From Octopus sinensis (Eukaryota): a DNA stretch of 64,000 nt. This document shows, piece after piece, positions 28,281-43,011 of this stretch. The stretch is taken from NCBI RefSeq assembly GCF_006345805.1, contig NC_043006.1, positions 95,232,001 to 95,296,000 on the forward strand, read 5' to 3'. Every line of letters begins with the position of its first letter. The first letter of the stretch is position 1. The translations under genes were made by a program, and so were the position numbers. Below the pieces are notes generated by a model, which was not told the origin of the DNA, did no database searches, and saw only the letters and a list, made by a program, of their open reading frames with translations.

Positions 28281-29232
28281 TTCTAACAAGTTCTCCAATT
28301 CAACGAAATTTGATTTATAGATTAGAAGGGGGCGTAAAGCAAAATCGATCTGTATACGATTCGAAATTTTTATTTCTGTCAAGTGTTTTGCTCATTGGCG
28401 TTCTGTAATATGGAACTGGATTAATGCGTTTAACTGGATTAAATAGTTTAAGGGTTTCAGTCCATCATCCCAGCACCTACTGTTAAATCTGCTAATCATG
28501 TTGTAGAAGAGCTAACACATGGCCACGTAAAGAATCCCAAACCGGATATCATGAAGAGATAGGTGGCAAACACAAACAAAAATACACACACAAACACATA
28601 CACAAACAAACACATACGCACACATATATATATATATATACAAACACATATACATATATATTTGTGTGTTTTCCAACATATACGGCGGACAGTTATCTAT
28701 CTACGGTGGTGGATAACTGTCAATTGGTTAGGCACTTAACTCTCCACCCTAAACACGGAGGCCAGATTTATCTAATAGTTATGTACTTCTACTCCTGGTT
28801 GCATGTCTTTTTGACTTTTTGCGAACGACGTCTGCCAGAATTATGACGTGATTCCAAGCCCCCCAGAAACAGCTGTCGGACCTGTAACACCATACGTTCT
28901 CCCCTTAATTCCTTGTATATTTTTGCTCTGTGTAAGCCTGCTCTGTTAACATATAAACATCTAATATTCATGAATATTCATCGAGGGAATATATTTTCAG
29001 TCTTTGTTTTCTTTCTCTTCACATGTATATTTTTATATATGAAGCCCAGGTGGTTTCATTAGCAAATTTGAAACATCATCTCCACATCTGTTTATCTGAA
29101 TTATGGCCACGCTTTACCCCACGGTAAAGATTTCGGTGTGTAATTGCAAATCATTTGAATGCTGCTAAGGATGTCCATATTGAGTATCATCTGTTGACTC
29201 TCTCTCTCTCTGTCTCTCTCTCTTTCCCCCTT

Positions 29233-29290
<58 letters not shown>

Positions 29291-29299
29291 TATATGTAT

Positions 29300-29600
29300 A
29301 AGGCAAATGGCTAAGTGGTTAATGTGTTGCACTCACGATTGCGAGATCGTGGGTTCGATTCCCAGACCGGTCGTTGCGTTGTGTTCTTGAGCAAAGCACT
29401 TCATTTCACGTTGCTCTGCAGTCATTTAGACATCTGGCATGTGGCACCCGTTGCACCTGTATTGGTAATATCGATCTGATGGAGGGAGTGAGCTTATGTC
29501 TACACAAACATTTGATCACTATAATCAAATCATTTGAGTGGTTGTTCAGTAAGAACTTGTCAAATCCACGTATGGCGTCAAACGACGGGAGTGTCCATCA
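29300..29600 (+). mobile_element. tRNA-headed SINE (family D)
   Basis: A-box-like tggctaagtgg and B-box gggttcgattccc, followed by ttgagcaaagcactt. Confidence 0.75.
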
Positions 29601-30100
29601 TTTATGTGTGTGTGTATCTTTGTATGTATGTGTGAATGTAAAAATACAGTTTATGCTAGTTCAATTATGTTTGTGACTTATTAATTTCTAAGGAAATTCC
29701 TCTTCAGTCTACCGCGTAGTAAAATTCCTCAATGATGGCAAAACGTAGACATACACCATTATCAGCTGCCCGAGCCCGCTTTTTAACCACTGGCTTATTA
29801 TACGTTCTTCATAAGGAGATAGCAAATTGAGGTCACTCTGATCTTATTAGAAAGCTGTGGCTTTTTCATGTATCAGCCAATAGAACGCTCGCATATTGCC
29901 CGGACCGGAAAAATACATATGTAGCAGGGAACAGCAGTTAGACGAAATATACAGACTACAGTTTAATTTAACCCTGCGTGGGCCGGTAGGGTTGGAATTA
30001 GACAAAAGACCATTGGGGTCCAACTTTTATATTTGCACATTTCCACACTATCCATAAAGTACTATCTTCCTATCTGTCTGTCTGTCTGTCTGTCTGCCTG

Positions 30101-30131
<31 letters not shown>

Positions 30132-30313
30132 CTCTTACTAATTAATTCTCTGGATTTCTTTCGATATACATGTATGTATGTATTATATCAGTCTGTGTGA
30201 ATATAATCTAAATTACATAGAACACTAAACAAATGGCGGTGAAAATAAAGCAGCAACTGACAATACTAATAATACTAATAATAATACTAATAATACTAAT
30301 AATAATAATAATA

Positions 30314-30371
<58 letters not shown>

Positions 30372-30373
<2 letters not shown>

Positions 30374-30630
30374 CACCTACAATTCCTATCATAGTAGGTG
30401 CATTAGGCATGATAAAAAAATATCCAGACAAATACATAACAAAAACACCAGGACTTACAAACACATATAACATAAAGAAAATTGCACTACTAGGCACTGC
30501 ACACATCCTACGTAGAACACTTTCCATACAATAACCATCAGAGCATCACAACAAATCACAGCACATACCCAAGGCACACAGAGCTGTGCTCGGTAGTGAA
30601 GTGAAAGCACGCTATTCTAAAAGAAGTATT
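30372..30630 (+). mobile_element. 3' fragment of an R4/Dong-like LINE in (TAA)n
   Basis: Encodes TIPIIVGALGMIKKYPDKYITKTPGLTNTYNIKKIALLGTAHILRRTLSIQ*. (AAT)n on both sides. Confidence 0.85.
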
Positions 30631-30713
30631 AGAATAAAAGATAATAATAATAAAAATAAAAATAATGATAATAATAACAATAATAATAATAATAATAATA
30701 TAATAATAATAAC

Positions 30714-30747
<34 letters not shown>

Positions 30748-31406
30748 TAATAATAATAATAATAATAACAATAATAATAATGATAATAATGATATTAACA
30801 ATAATAATAATAATAATAATAATAATTATAATAATAATTAATAATATATATATATATATGAAATAAGTACAGGGTACAATATAACTGTCAATGAATATAT
30901 AAAAATTAAAACACAAAAAAATGCTAATAGACGCATGAATACGCCGTCACACGCGCTCACAGAAAAGCATAGGGTAACACACATACAATCAGTAAAATTC
31001 ATATTTGAGATGATATCAAAGGGAAATTTTCGTTGTTGGTTTCATAACAATCTATGTGATAGATGTTAAATGTGTCTTTAATAGCCGCATTAACGATGAA
31101 ACTCGTAATGCTGAGAGAGAGAGAGTCATCAATTAAGCAGTGTATATAGGTGCTTGTGTGGGTGTTCTCGTGAGAGAGCGAGAGAGAGTTCATCTGTGTG
31201 TGTATGTATGTGTATGTGTGCGTGCGTGTGCGTGTGTGTATGTATGTGTGTGTGTTTGCTGGTTCGCGTCTGTGACATTCTCAGTATTCGAATGGGCGTA
31301 TATATGTAGGTGCAATGTATAATCTGTTTGTAGTGCGAGTGTGTTCATTTTTGTTTGTCTATATAAATACAGACACACACATACACACATATATATATAT
31401 GTATAT

Positions 31407-31518
<112 letters not shown>

Positions 31519-31561
31519 CATACATGTATATATATATACATGTATACATACTTGTATATAC

Positions 31562-31594
<33 letters not shown>

Positions 31595-32084
31595 TATATA
31601 CATATAGGTATATATAGGTATATATGCATGTATGTATATATGGGTATGTGTGTGCGCATTTGTGTATGTGAGTGTGTGACTGGTTGTATTATCATCGTGA
31701 AGCTGTAGCGTTGGCAATGCTAATAACAATAATGATGAAAATGTCAGACACGCTGAACTCAAAAGCACACTCGATCTAGCGTAAGTGTTCTCTGCCGTAG
31801 CTTTTGAAGGATTTTCTTGGCATCCGATGTCCATGCTTAAACAATCACATTTAATTTCTCTTCACCATTCACTCTCTCTCCGTCCCACCGCTCTCTTTCC
31901 TTCTCTCTCTCTACTTATCCATCTATCTTTATATCTATGTATCTATCTATCTTCCTCTCTCTGTATGCACTCACATATAAGTATATATGTTTGTACGAGC
32001 GTGTGTCAACATGCTCTCTGACAGATAGCATTTTAAGCAGATATAATGGATTATGTATATGATGAATTATGAGATGATAACCAC

Positions 32085-32340
32085 ACGTGTGTGGAAGCAC
32101 TCCGTCGGTTACGACGATGAGGGTTCCGGTTGATCCGAATCAACGGAACAGCCTGCTCGTGAAATTAACGTGTAAGTGGCTGAGCACTCCACAGACACGT
32201 GCACCCTTAACGTAGTTCTCGGGGATATTCAGCGTGACACAGAGAGTGACAAGGCTGGCCCCTTGAAATACAGGTACAACAGAAACAGGTGAAAGAGTAC
32301 AGCAGGAATCACTACCATCCCCTGCCGGAGCCTCACGTAC
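32085..32340. mobile_element. SINE-like repeat fragment
   Basis: GC-richer block whose end gtgaaagagtacagcagg..cctgccggagcctc recurs at 10086-10130. Confidence 0.55.
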
Positions 32341-32805
32341 ACACACACACATACGAGGGCATGTTTCAAACTTCGGCTTTAGTGAAAGTACGTTAATGCA
32401 CAAACGTAGATTGCTTCAGCTTTCAAATAGACAATAGAATATGCTGCAACACACGACCTCACATAAGGAATCTTGAAAACCGAATCCCCAAACGAAATAT
32501 TTATTTATATATATATATAATTTTAAAGAGGTTTATTCACTTGACCGGTTTCACTTTTTTAGAAAAAGATAGTCAAAATAAAATATAAAGCTTTGTAAAA
32601 GCTTTGTTGTGTTAAGTACTCGTTATCACAAAAGTATTTCAATACAGATGTACATACTTTGATAATAATAAGGAAATGTTAAAAACAGTTTACAAGAAAG
32701 TATTTAAGAAAGTAATCAGAACGGGACACGAAAAAGTATTTTGAGTTCAATAAAAATCATGTTTGTTTGGTAGTAGATATATATAAATATATATATATAT
32801 ATATA

Positions 32806-33374
32806 TTCTTCATGTTTATGATATCAAGAGGTTAGAAAATAAACCTTATACGTACAGACAAATCGGCGCGATTTTGAAGTATGCATTAAGGCCACTGGGT
32901 GGCACGCTGCCACAGTCTCTTCTCTGATAGGTATGAGGTGACCAAAAGCTTGTGAGTGGAATTTTGTAAATATGCGCCGTGTCCATGCATACATACACCC
33001 AGATACCTATATATATATATAACAATGTAAATTTGTAAGGTTTGGAAATGTGTATATATATATATACACAGAAGGATATATATCTAAGAATTTACAAAAA
33101 CTTTTGCATTTCCAAACCTTACAAGTTTACATTGTTTTATATATATATATATATATATATAGGTATCTGTGTGTATGTATGTATGTATGTATGTATGAAC
33201 ACGGCGCATATTTACAAAATTCCACTCACAAGCTTTTGGTCACCTCATACCTATCAGAGAAGAGACTGCGGCAGCATGCCACCTAGTGCCCTTAATGCAT
33301 ACTTCAAAATCGCACCGACTTGTCTGTAGGTATAAGGTTTATTTTCTAACCTCTTGATATCATAACATGAAGAA
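32806..33374. repeat. Long inverted duplication (~245-265-bp arms, ~56-bp spacer)
   Basis: 32806-33050 is the reverse complement of 33107-33374 with scattered substitutions. Both arms include a decayed family-A SINE and microsatellite. Confidence 0.9.
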
Positions 33375-34205
33375 CATTTTCCATGAGCGTTGCCCCCTCT
33401 CCATGCGCAGTGTAAGGAGTAAAGCGTTAAGTAGTGTTGACAGAGTTCAGACGAACTGTCTTAAAGAACGTCTTGATTTGGCTGCCTACGACACACTGTA
33501 TAATATCGTTCGTTGCCCTGTATTCTGGTTCGTTTTGTTTTTAATCGTAATCTTATATTGTTACACGTGCGTTGGCCATGGATGGAAGACTGTATCGATG
33601 ATGACAAGAGACAACTCTCGACCTTTCACTTGGTAGTTTGATGATTTATCTTGTTGGTCATAATCCGCCTTTGTCACTTCTATAATTGACAATTGTACGT
33701 ATTAAGTCGCAATGCTAATTTAGATTCCATATCATGAATTAGTCACTCTCTTTCAAGAATGCAATGTCAAAGATTAATAAAGTAGCAAAACCTTTCAGTT
33801 TGAACTCTTCAATGTTATTCTAAACATCGAAGTAGGATCCAAATCTCTGACTTTTCGTCGTCATCGGAATCAATTCTTGAGAATCAAATGTATGCTAATG
33901 TTGATAAGATATAATATCACGAATTATGTAAAATATTTGAAGGTAATGGAATTTTAATTAAGTTTATGGCTTATAATGTAATATAGCATGATGGAATGGA
34001 TGAAATAAATGTTTCTCTTACTTGAGAATTTGTAAGAGTCTGACCAATGTAAAATGAAATTTGCAATTAACAAGTTTTCATAAATGCACTAATTAAACGT
34101 GACGGAATCGATGTCAAATACGAGACTTAACATTCATAATAGTGTTGTTGTTAAGGCTGCTGCTAACACTACTGCTACTAATCATAATGATGATGATGAT
34201 ACTAA

Positions 34206-34279
<74 letters not shown>

Positions 34280-34291
34280 TAATAATAATAA

Positions 34292-34650
34292 GAGTAAAAC
34301 AATACCTGTTGTCATAGGTAAGTGACTAAAACAATACCTGTTGTCATAGGTGCCGACTAAAACAATACCTATTGTCATAGGTGCCCTGGGAATGATAGCA
34401 AAAGGGTCTGATCGCTACCTAACTCAGATACCAGGAAACACCAAAATGGCAGAAATTCAAAAGATAGTGCTCATGGGAACTGCTCATATCCTACGCAAAA
34501 TACTTTCTATGTAATCTCAAGTTTTAAAACAAACATAATTTTCGTTTTTTTTTTACATTCACTAGCACAACACAATACAAAACTACATATATGGCACACT
34601 AGGCATAACAACATCACGAACTTCCAGACTGTTGTCTCTTGAGGTCTCTG
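34292..34650 (+). mobile_element. 5'-truncated R4/Dong-like 3' end after (TAA)n, with triplicated 5' junction
   Basis: Reverse complement of 6290-6595. The segment ga(c/g)taaaacaatacct(g/a)ttgtcataggt occurs at 34292, 34324 and 34355. Confidence 0.88.
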
Positions 34651-35014
34651 CAGTACCAGGCAGTGGTTCTCATGGCTTCTGATCTTAACTGACTGGAAGC
34701 GTTATCATGTACATTGTTTTGTCTTGGTATAAGAGATGGGCTACAGCAAATATTCTGCTCAATACCATAGATTTGCTTGTCAGTTGTTTGACCTTAACCA
34801 ATTAAGCATGTCCCTTAGTGGCTGACGATATGTGCATCTCTGACCACTAACAGAAGTAGTGGGGGAAAGATTCTTAGAGGTTTGGATAATTCACCTTTGG
34901 AAACATGGGTGGTTCGTTGAAAATCCTTAAACAATTCTTATGCAGGGACCTTTTGAGTGGGATGGGTTACTCGACTAGAAGAAGATTTTAACTGGGCTCC
35001 CTCTTGCAAGGTCA
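34649..35014. mobile_element. Partial reverse-complement copy of the 5615-6169 element
   Basis: tgcagtaccaggcagtggttctcatggcttctgatcttaactga...ttgcaaggtca matches the reverse complement of 5775-6161. Confidence 0.85.
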
Positions 35015-36329
35015 CATATATGCATATATATGTGTGCGTGTGTGTATGCGCATATGCGTGTGTGCCTTTGTGTGTGCATATGTGTGTACCTTTACGATTG
35101 TGACCTACCATCGTTTAACTGTTGGTATTGTGTTGTTTACATTTTCGTAACTTATCGGTTCGGCAGAATTGTCCAATAGAAAAAATACCAGGCTTTGCAA
35201 AAGAACTGAGAATTGGTATCGATTTCATTAACAAAGCTCTTGAAGGCACTGCCCCATCATGGCTGCAGTCCAATGAGTGAAACACGTCAAAGACAAAATA
35301 TAAGAGATATATAAACCCACACACTCTATAAATATGCGTATAACACCTCCATACTACATCCACACACACACACACACACATATATATATACGATCATTTA
35401 CTCTTTCGTTTTTCAGTATTTTTCTTTCTCTTATTCTTTTACCTCCTCTTTTCCCACTATTCTGTCCTGTTACTTTGTCAATCTCTCTCCCTCACTCCTC
35501 CTACCTTACACCCACGTGACCATCGGCCAACTTTCTTTCTTTCCGTTGTAACTGGAACAAGGAAGATGTGTTCTTGTTTGTCTCTTGTCCTAGTTTGATT
35601 TACGCGTTCACCACCAAAACGGCGTTTAGGCTTTGAAGCCCTTCCTGTTTGGTTTTATCTGTCCTGTTTGTGTTACCTATTTTGACCCTCCGTAAAAGCC
35701 CCAAATTTTAATTAATTTGCTTTGAGGGAGTAACTGTTTTATCGAAAGAGTATATTGTTGTTAAATGCTCAAAATACGAGAGTAGAAAAACAGTCAACAA
35801 CTGATGAAGGGTCGTTCTTTATGTTGTTTGTCTTGTTTTCCATTTGTATCTTTCATTGTTCGAAATAATAGTTCGTGTTCCATGTACTCGTCAACTGTCA
35901 AGTGCTGGTGGGGAACACACATCACCAAGACACTCAAGCATAATCCACCCAAGGCTATTGTAGAAAATATTTGCCTATGGTACCACTTAGTCGCATTGAA
36001 CCCGGAACCAAGTAGTTGGTAATCAAACTTCTTACCGCGTGGATCATTTGATTTTTGCACTGGATCTTATTAATTCCGCAACTAATTGATAATTATTCTA
36101 ATTGAATTACATAAAAGAAATATTTTCGTTACAATTGCGTGGTATTTATTATCATGATTATTAAATTTCTCTAAATTAATTTTAAATTTCGTTCCCTTGT
36201 TAATTCAATTAGTTCAGTATTCTCTGTAAAGATGTTTAAGCATGAGTTTGTGGTCTTCATGCTTTAATATTCTCATGCACTACCAATTCTACATCATGTG
36301 TATAGACAGAAAATTTCTCCTTCAATTCT

Positions 36330-36360
<31 letters not shown>

Positions 36361-37409
36361 ATTACCTCTCCCTACCTTTCTCTTTGTTAAAAAGCGAAGA
36401 TAATCGAAGCTGATGCGTGCTGCATCGAATGGAAGTGTGTGATTGTACTTCATAAAAGATAACTACCCGAAACAGGTTTTGCCGTATATCTACACCTTTA
36501 TGTTAAGCTGAAGCACAGTGTTCACTACTGAAGAGAAGTATTAATCACAACGCTAATCCCTGGTTCGGAGTAACTTTGTGGCAGAGTACGGAAAAAAATA
36601 AGAATATTTATCATAGAGGTGATAAGTAACGCAAATGGTCAGCTGTGATCTGCGTGAAATTTAAGTCCTGATGCACTTTGAGATTAGCAAGTTTATCTTG
36701 AATTTGCACTCCGTTGTGATAACAAGGGAAAATCAATCTGAGATGTGCTGAACAGAAATCCCAGTCGCCATATGTGTGAGAATGAGGACTACGTAAGCGC
36801 GTCTTCCCAGAAGTGACAGAAATGAAGAGAATAGAGGACAGCCATTAAACATCAGACGGTTCTCTTCTTTGTTTCGTTGCTTGTGATCTTTATAACAATG
36901 GAAGCAAGGCGAAGTTACATTTGACAAAATTATAAAATGGAGACTGTTCACAGCTTTCTCCTTCAGGCTATCGATCTCTAACTATTGCTTGTATGTTTCA
37001 CGCGAGATATATATGCTCAGATGTGTGTGTGTGTGTTTGCATGTGTGTGTTCGCATGTGGATGTTTGCATGTGTGTGTTATGCGTGTGCATGTCTGCGTG
37101 TATTTAATCTTAGAGTACAACATTTCTTATATGGATTGGGTGCTGCTCCAATGCAGGGTCAACTCAAGGCAATGATTGCTGCTCATTTCCAGGTGAGTGG
37201 ACTGCGACAACGTGAAATGAAGCTTTACAATCGAGAAACCAATGCGCGCCGCTCTAGTTCAGATTTGATCCTTTAACTACAAGACCCAAAGTCCAATCAG
37301 TGCAACCACACTCAGTAGATATCTACGATCTCACCTGCACCCACACATGCATATACGAACTGTATATACAGACATACATTCATATATATGTATTATATAT
37401 ATATATATA

Positions 37410-37485
<76 letters not shown>

Positions 37486-37784
37486 AGGGTAAATAATTTT
37501 TTCGATGGTTTTTCAGACAACCAACAATTATTTACCGGTAGATTTCGGTATGTAAATATGACCTTTAGCGGTGGGAACTTCTATGGAGTTCAGTATATAT
37601 AGTATATAAGTAGAAGGGCAGGCGACAGGTTGCTTTGCCGCATACCGAAAGAATTAGAAATAGCAGTCAGAGACTGTTTATTTCCATTTTCTACAAGTGG
37701 GGCTCCATATACGACATAACCCTGCAATACACATATGCAAAATAGGAGGAATAAATAAACGAAAACAATGCCTTACCGTTAATA

Positions 37785-37839
37785 GCGAACATGTTTCTAG
37801 ATCGGAGGTGAGAAAATGCTTCATGTCTTTCATCAGCGC
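37785..37839 (-). ncRNA. Minimal type-I hammerhead ribozyme-like motif
   Basis: Minus strand reads gcg-CTGATGA-a-aga...tct-a-GAAA-catg-TT-cgc, giving stem I gcg/cgc, stem II aga/tct and a palindromic stem III. Close to (TA)n. Confidence 0.6.
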
Positions 37840-37851
37840 CATCTTCGTTAG

Positions 37852-37897
<46 letters not shown>

Positions 37898-38394
37898 TAA
37901 GACAAATAAAGAATGAAACAGACATCGATATTATGTAAATGGATGAATTTATCTGCAATATAATAAGTGACAATTATTCGGCTGCCATAATAAAACTCCG
38001 AGTTTTGGACGCCGGTGCAGGTTTCCGCCCCGACATCCGAAACTCGGAATTTATTTTAAAAATAGAGAAATACGATTGACATATAAGTTATTAACATTGT
38101 AATATATTAAGATATAATATGATATAATATAATATAAATAATAAAACAAATATATATCCTACAATTTGTTTATATTCATATTCACGGGTGAATATATAAA
38201 AAATCTTCATAATTCTGCATATGAATCTCGTCAGGGTAATGTTTGCCTAAGAAATGGACAAGAATTGTATGCAAGATCTGCTCAATCGCAAAATAGACTT
38301 ATACATTTTATCTTTTTATATTATAATTATATTATATGATAATATTAATAAATTTATGTGTCAATGGTATTTCTCTATTTCCTTTAATATTTAT

Positions 38395-38560
38395 AGGCGT
38401 AGGAGTGGCTGTGTGGTAAATAAACTGGTAACCAACCACATGGTTCCGGGTTTAGTGCTACTGCGGGGCACCTTCGGCAAGTTTACTATAGCCTCGGACC
38501 GACCAAAGCCTTGTAAATGGATTTGGTAGACGGAAACTGAAAGAAGCCCGTCGTATATAT
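38395..38560 (+). mobile_element. tRNA-derived SINE (family A)
   Basis: ggcgtaggagtggctgtgtggtaa...ccacatggttccgggtttagt...gatttggtagacggaaactgaaagaagcccgtcg with a (TA/TG)n tail. Copies at 55693-55860 (+), 50140-50295 (-) and 35915-36040 (-). Confidence 0.85.
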
Positions 38561-39796
38561 GTATATAATTATGTATGTGTGTGTGTGTATATGTTTGTGT
38601 CTGTGTTTGTCCCACCAACATCGCGTGTGTGCCTGTGTATGTGTGCATGTGCGCGTGTGTGTATGTATGTGTGTGTGTGTATCTGTGCGTGTGTGCGCGT
38701 GTGTATGCGTGAGTGTGTGTGTATGTGCGCGTTTGTGTGCATATGTGCGTGTATGTATGCCTCTGAGAGCGCGTGCGTGTGTGTATGTCCATGTGTGCGT
38801 GTGTTTGCTAATGCACGCAATGGTTTGAATAAGTCTTCTTGAATTTTATTGTAGTGGAACACTGAATGAATCTGGAGGTGATTTCATCTTTGCTCTCCGT
38901 TAGTTTATTTAGACTGGTCATCGATCAATAAGTTCATCTACAAACATTACGATTAAACTACCAGTTTAATGATAAATTAATTAATTCCTCAGATACCTTT
39001 CAAAACATTGTAAGTGATGTTTCAAGATTAACGTAATCTCGTGTTAGTAACTCCCGTTATCTACTTAAATTATTACTATCCCAGAAAATTGGCAATATTA
39101 CTTTAGCCAGGGAGAAAATATCTTATAATTCTTTGGCAAGCGAAGGCGACAAGATGGCAGAAATGTTGCTGGCAGTTCGTGTGTCTTTACGTTCTGAGTT
39201 CAAGTTCCGCCGTGTCGATTTTGCTTTTCATCCATTCAGAGGCGAGAAAATAAATCTTAGTTGAACTCTAGGGTCGATGTTATCGACTCACCCCGCCACC
39301 AAAATTGCTAGCCTTGTGCCGAAATTTGGTATCAATAATTGGTTTTACTGTTTTAATTCCTGATATTTTTATAAATTTTGAAATCCGTTCGATATGCTTT
39401 CAATTTATCCTTGCTCAAGAAAATAAGATTAATGATGTCGTTTAAAAACTCTATAGATTTATTGCCTTGGGCTCAACTTTCTGTCTATTCTCTCTTTTGT
39501 TTGCTCCAGTCATTACAGTGCGGCCTTGCTGGGGCACCAACATGAAAGGAGTACTTGAACAAATCAAGCCCAGAACGAATTGTTTGTTTATATGTCCAGT
39601 ATTTCATCTGCCGGTGTCTGATGCCGAGCTGCTAGCAATCAAAACGTGAGTAGTAGGACCGAAATTGTGCAAACACAAAAACACGAAAAATAAAACACAA
39701 AATCATACACACACACACATGTATATATAAATATATATATGTATGTATACATTTATATATATATATATATATACACATATATATTTGTATATATCG

Positions 39797-40790
39797 TGAA
39801 ATATATTTGCCACCTAAATGTGACTAGCCCCTAAGTGTCGATGCTACTGTAGCTTGTAGCCCCAGGAAGACATCTCCTCTAACTGGCTATTGACACACTT
39901 TCTGTGCCCTATCAGTATTAGCAAAGGGAAGTCATCCTTCCTTCCTCCTGCCTGAAGTGACACAAACGGACCCGACTTTCTGGGTATTGACTTATCATCA
40001 GCGTGTCACAACCACCGGCTGGCGTTCTGTATGTTATGATTTTTTCTCCGCTTCTTTCACTTCATCTTCAGGTGGTGTAACCCTCAGACAGTCTCCTTCC
40101 TTCTTGAAGCTGTCGTAGTATTTCCTCAAATTTTCCTTCTCGACAATTATTTCTTCCAACTGTAATTCGTTCGCAGCCAGGCTTTTGCCTGCTGCTCCCG
40201 CATAAGTTTGGGCTTGCATACCCAACAAAGAATTCAACAATTCAATACGGCGCTACAGCTTTCAACAGCAACAATCAGCAAAAAAACAACTCACTTAACC
40301 GCAAATCCGAACAACCGACACAAACACAGTTCAGGGTCACCTGCCTCGCTCGCTGAGATGACTGCAAACTCTTCGCAAATATATCATATTACCAGTAAAG
40401 TTTATTTACTGATCACCGAAATTAGAAACATTGAATTTCTAAATGTCTCAGAGAGACATATGTGGTGTTGGAGTGATATAGTGGTCGTATACTGTCAACT
40501 GAATGTGACAGTCCCGTAAGGGAATTACACCACCGCCATTTACCACTAGGAAACTGACGACGAGCAATAGACTTAGAAACATGTCTTCAGGTGCCTCCCC
40601 TTTGCAAATATAAGGACACAGAAAATGTGTCAAAGCCGACAGGAGACAGCGATGTTTCCTCGGGCTAAATGGCTGTGAAGTAATTCCCTTACGGGACTGT
40701 CACATTCAGTTGACAGTATACGACCACTATATCGCTGCACCACCGCTTATGTCTCTGAGACATTTAGAAATTCAATATTTCTAATACATA
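39797..40790 (-). mobile_element. Decayed PLE remnant: pLTR with HHR-like motif, possible GIY-YIG tail and inverted pLTR pair 40421-40530/40680-40786
   Basis: Minus 39958-40008 reads gtgacacg-CTGATGA...GAAA-gtcgg-GTC...gtgtcac. ORF 40034-40240 (TYAGAAGKSL) loosely resembles a GIY-YIG YxGxT motif. The ~108-bp inverted repeat is visible directly. Confidence 0.55.
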
Positions 40791-41300
40791 TATATTTGAG
40801 AATTCTCAAAAATAACTCACCATTTACTAAAAGATAAGCTGCTATTTCTACCCCAATAAACATCATCAGACAGCAGTTGCTCCCCCTTCTATCCTGCAGA
40901 GGCACTTAGGTATTCAGACAGTAAAGTAGAACACAAGTCAGTCTTATGGTTGAAGCTCATCTAGGGAAGGAAAAGTTGGATGAAATGTCGCTAAGAATTT
41001 TCTCTAGCACGTCTGAAGTTTCTGCGAAATTGCCGGCTTAATTAATGTTTTAGTACACTAATAATTACTGAGTTCATGAAATACCAAATATATAAGCTAT
41101 TACGCTCATGTGTATTTACATATATACATGAATAGATAAAGGTATTGACGACAGAACACGGACACACACACACACAGACACACACATACACACACATACA
41201 CAAATAGAAATTTATAAATGTATGTATACACATTTAAAAATACATATAGATATACATCTGTATATGTATATATCTATGTAAGCAAATATATATGCATATA

Positions 41301-41401
<101 letters not shown>

Positions 41402-41513
41402 GGAGAGAGAGATGTAGATATGTAGAAAATTATGTATTTATATATACAGAGAGAGAGAGAAAGAAAGGGGGAGAAATAAAGATATAGATAAAAATATATA
41501 TGCATATATAGAC

Positions 41514-41596
<83 letters not shown>

Positions 41597-42411
41597 CACG
41601 TGCATATAAGCTGATATATTCCAACAAATGCATTGAACAAATTTTCTTCCACAATTATGCACATATATAATATATCACGTTAAATATACATTCAGGCACT
41701 ATAATTATTTGTTTGTTTAGCGTTAATTTATATTTGTGCAGCGTAATTTCTACCAATAATATAAATATTTTGCCAATCTTCTAACGCAATCCATCAGAAT
41801 ATTTCTGACGTGTTAGTAAATTGTCAACTATATTAAAGTAGTCTGGAAACTTAAAGTGTATTAGAACTTCAATAACTAAGTGCTTATTTTAATTTTGAAC
41901 AAATACTTCACATTTACTAAAACAAAACTGAACAGCAAATGTAAAAGTAAGAAAACATTAAATGTAATTCAAGTGGAGAAGAATATTGAATAAGTAAAAG
42001 AAATGTGCATCTTATGTATTGATTAATTTTCAATGAATAAGAATAGCTGCAGAATATTTAGTGTCAGTGGGTAGAAATGAAATAGAAAATGAAAAGAAAA
42101 TATATAATTATTTATATTTTTAGACTGTTTGTGCAAAGCCTCTTGATAATTTTTCCCAGAGAGCATGGCTTGAGAAAATGTTTGAAAATTTATTAATACA
42201 AAACCATGTGTGTTTGACATATTGCCACGGAAGCCCGGGTCACTAATAGTAGAAGAAATATTTGTGCTGGTAATTTTAGATCAGTGAAATTATATACCTT
42301 AGTACAAATATACACTTATATATACACGATGACAGCATGCGTATACTATAAATAACAATAAGCTAATGCTAACATATTGTTAACATTTCCATTCGGGATA
42401 TGATTAATCGA

Positions 42412-42450
42412 TCTCTGATGAAATGCAAATAAAAACTGAAATTGGTCAGA
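42412..42450 (+). ncRNA. Minimal HHR-like motif (duplicate at 44023-44061)
   Basis: tct-CTGATGA-aatgcaaataaaaact-GAAA-ttgg-TC-aga. The core is intact but stems II and III are weak. Confidence 0.45.
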
Positions 42451-42680
42451 GGAAACTTTTTGTGTCCACCAAGAAAGAAAGAAAAACAATCTTAGCTTTA
42501 TCCACAGGGTCCACTTCACCGACTGAATCTAAAGTATGCATTTGTTAAAAATAAACACTTCTTCAATTATCAACGCTTAGTGTAGATCTTCTATGGATAT
42601 GCATGTGTTTGTATATATGTATGGTGAAAATAGATATATACATACATACATACATACATACATACATGCATACATATATA

Positions 42681-42879
42681 TATAATCCAAATAAGCAACA
42701 AGGATATCCAAAGGTGGTGCAGTACAATCGTTTCATGCTACTTCATTTAATTAATTTGATTGTACTGCACTACCTTTGGATATCCTTGTTGCTTATTTAG
42801 ATTATAATCACCCAATTTTGATTTATATGGATATACCATACTGGTGCCTTTAACTTAAGTACCATATTCAACTGAATCT
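42681..42879. mobile_element. Minimal fold-back insertion of the Naiad-like pLTR (duplicate at 44292-44490)
   Basis: 49-bp arms at 42681-42729 and 42758-42806 plus tail 42807-42879. Arm and loop match 50493-50552, and the tail matches 52680-52720. Confidence 0.8.
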
Positions 42880-42883
42880 ATAT

Positions 42884-42956
<73 letters not shown>

Positions 42957-42980
42957 ATATATATATATATAATATATATA

Positions 42981-43011
<31 letters not shown>

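Noticed and set aside
29300-29372. tRNA genes at A/B-box motifs (also 47720-47792 and 38395-38470)
   Set aside because: No complete cloverleaf, and each continues into a SINE-like body, so they are SINE heads.
42220-42252. Helitron-like 3' end (ccacggaagcccgggtcactaatag)
   Set aside because: The hairpin is imperfect, there is no clear CTAG terminus, and I found no 5' TC end or Rep/helicase remnant.
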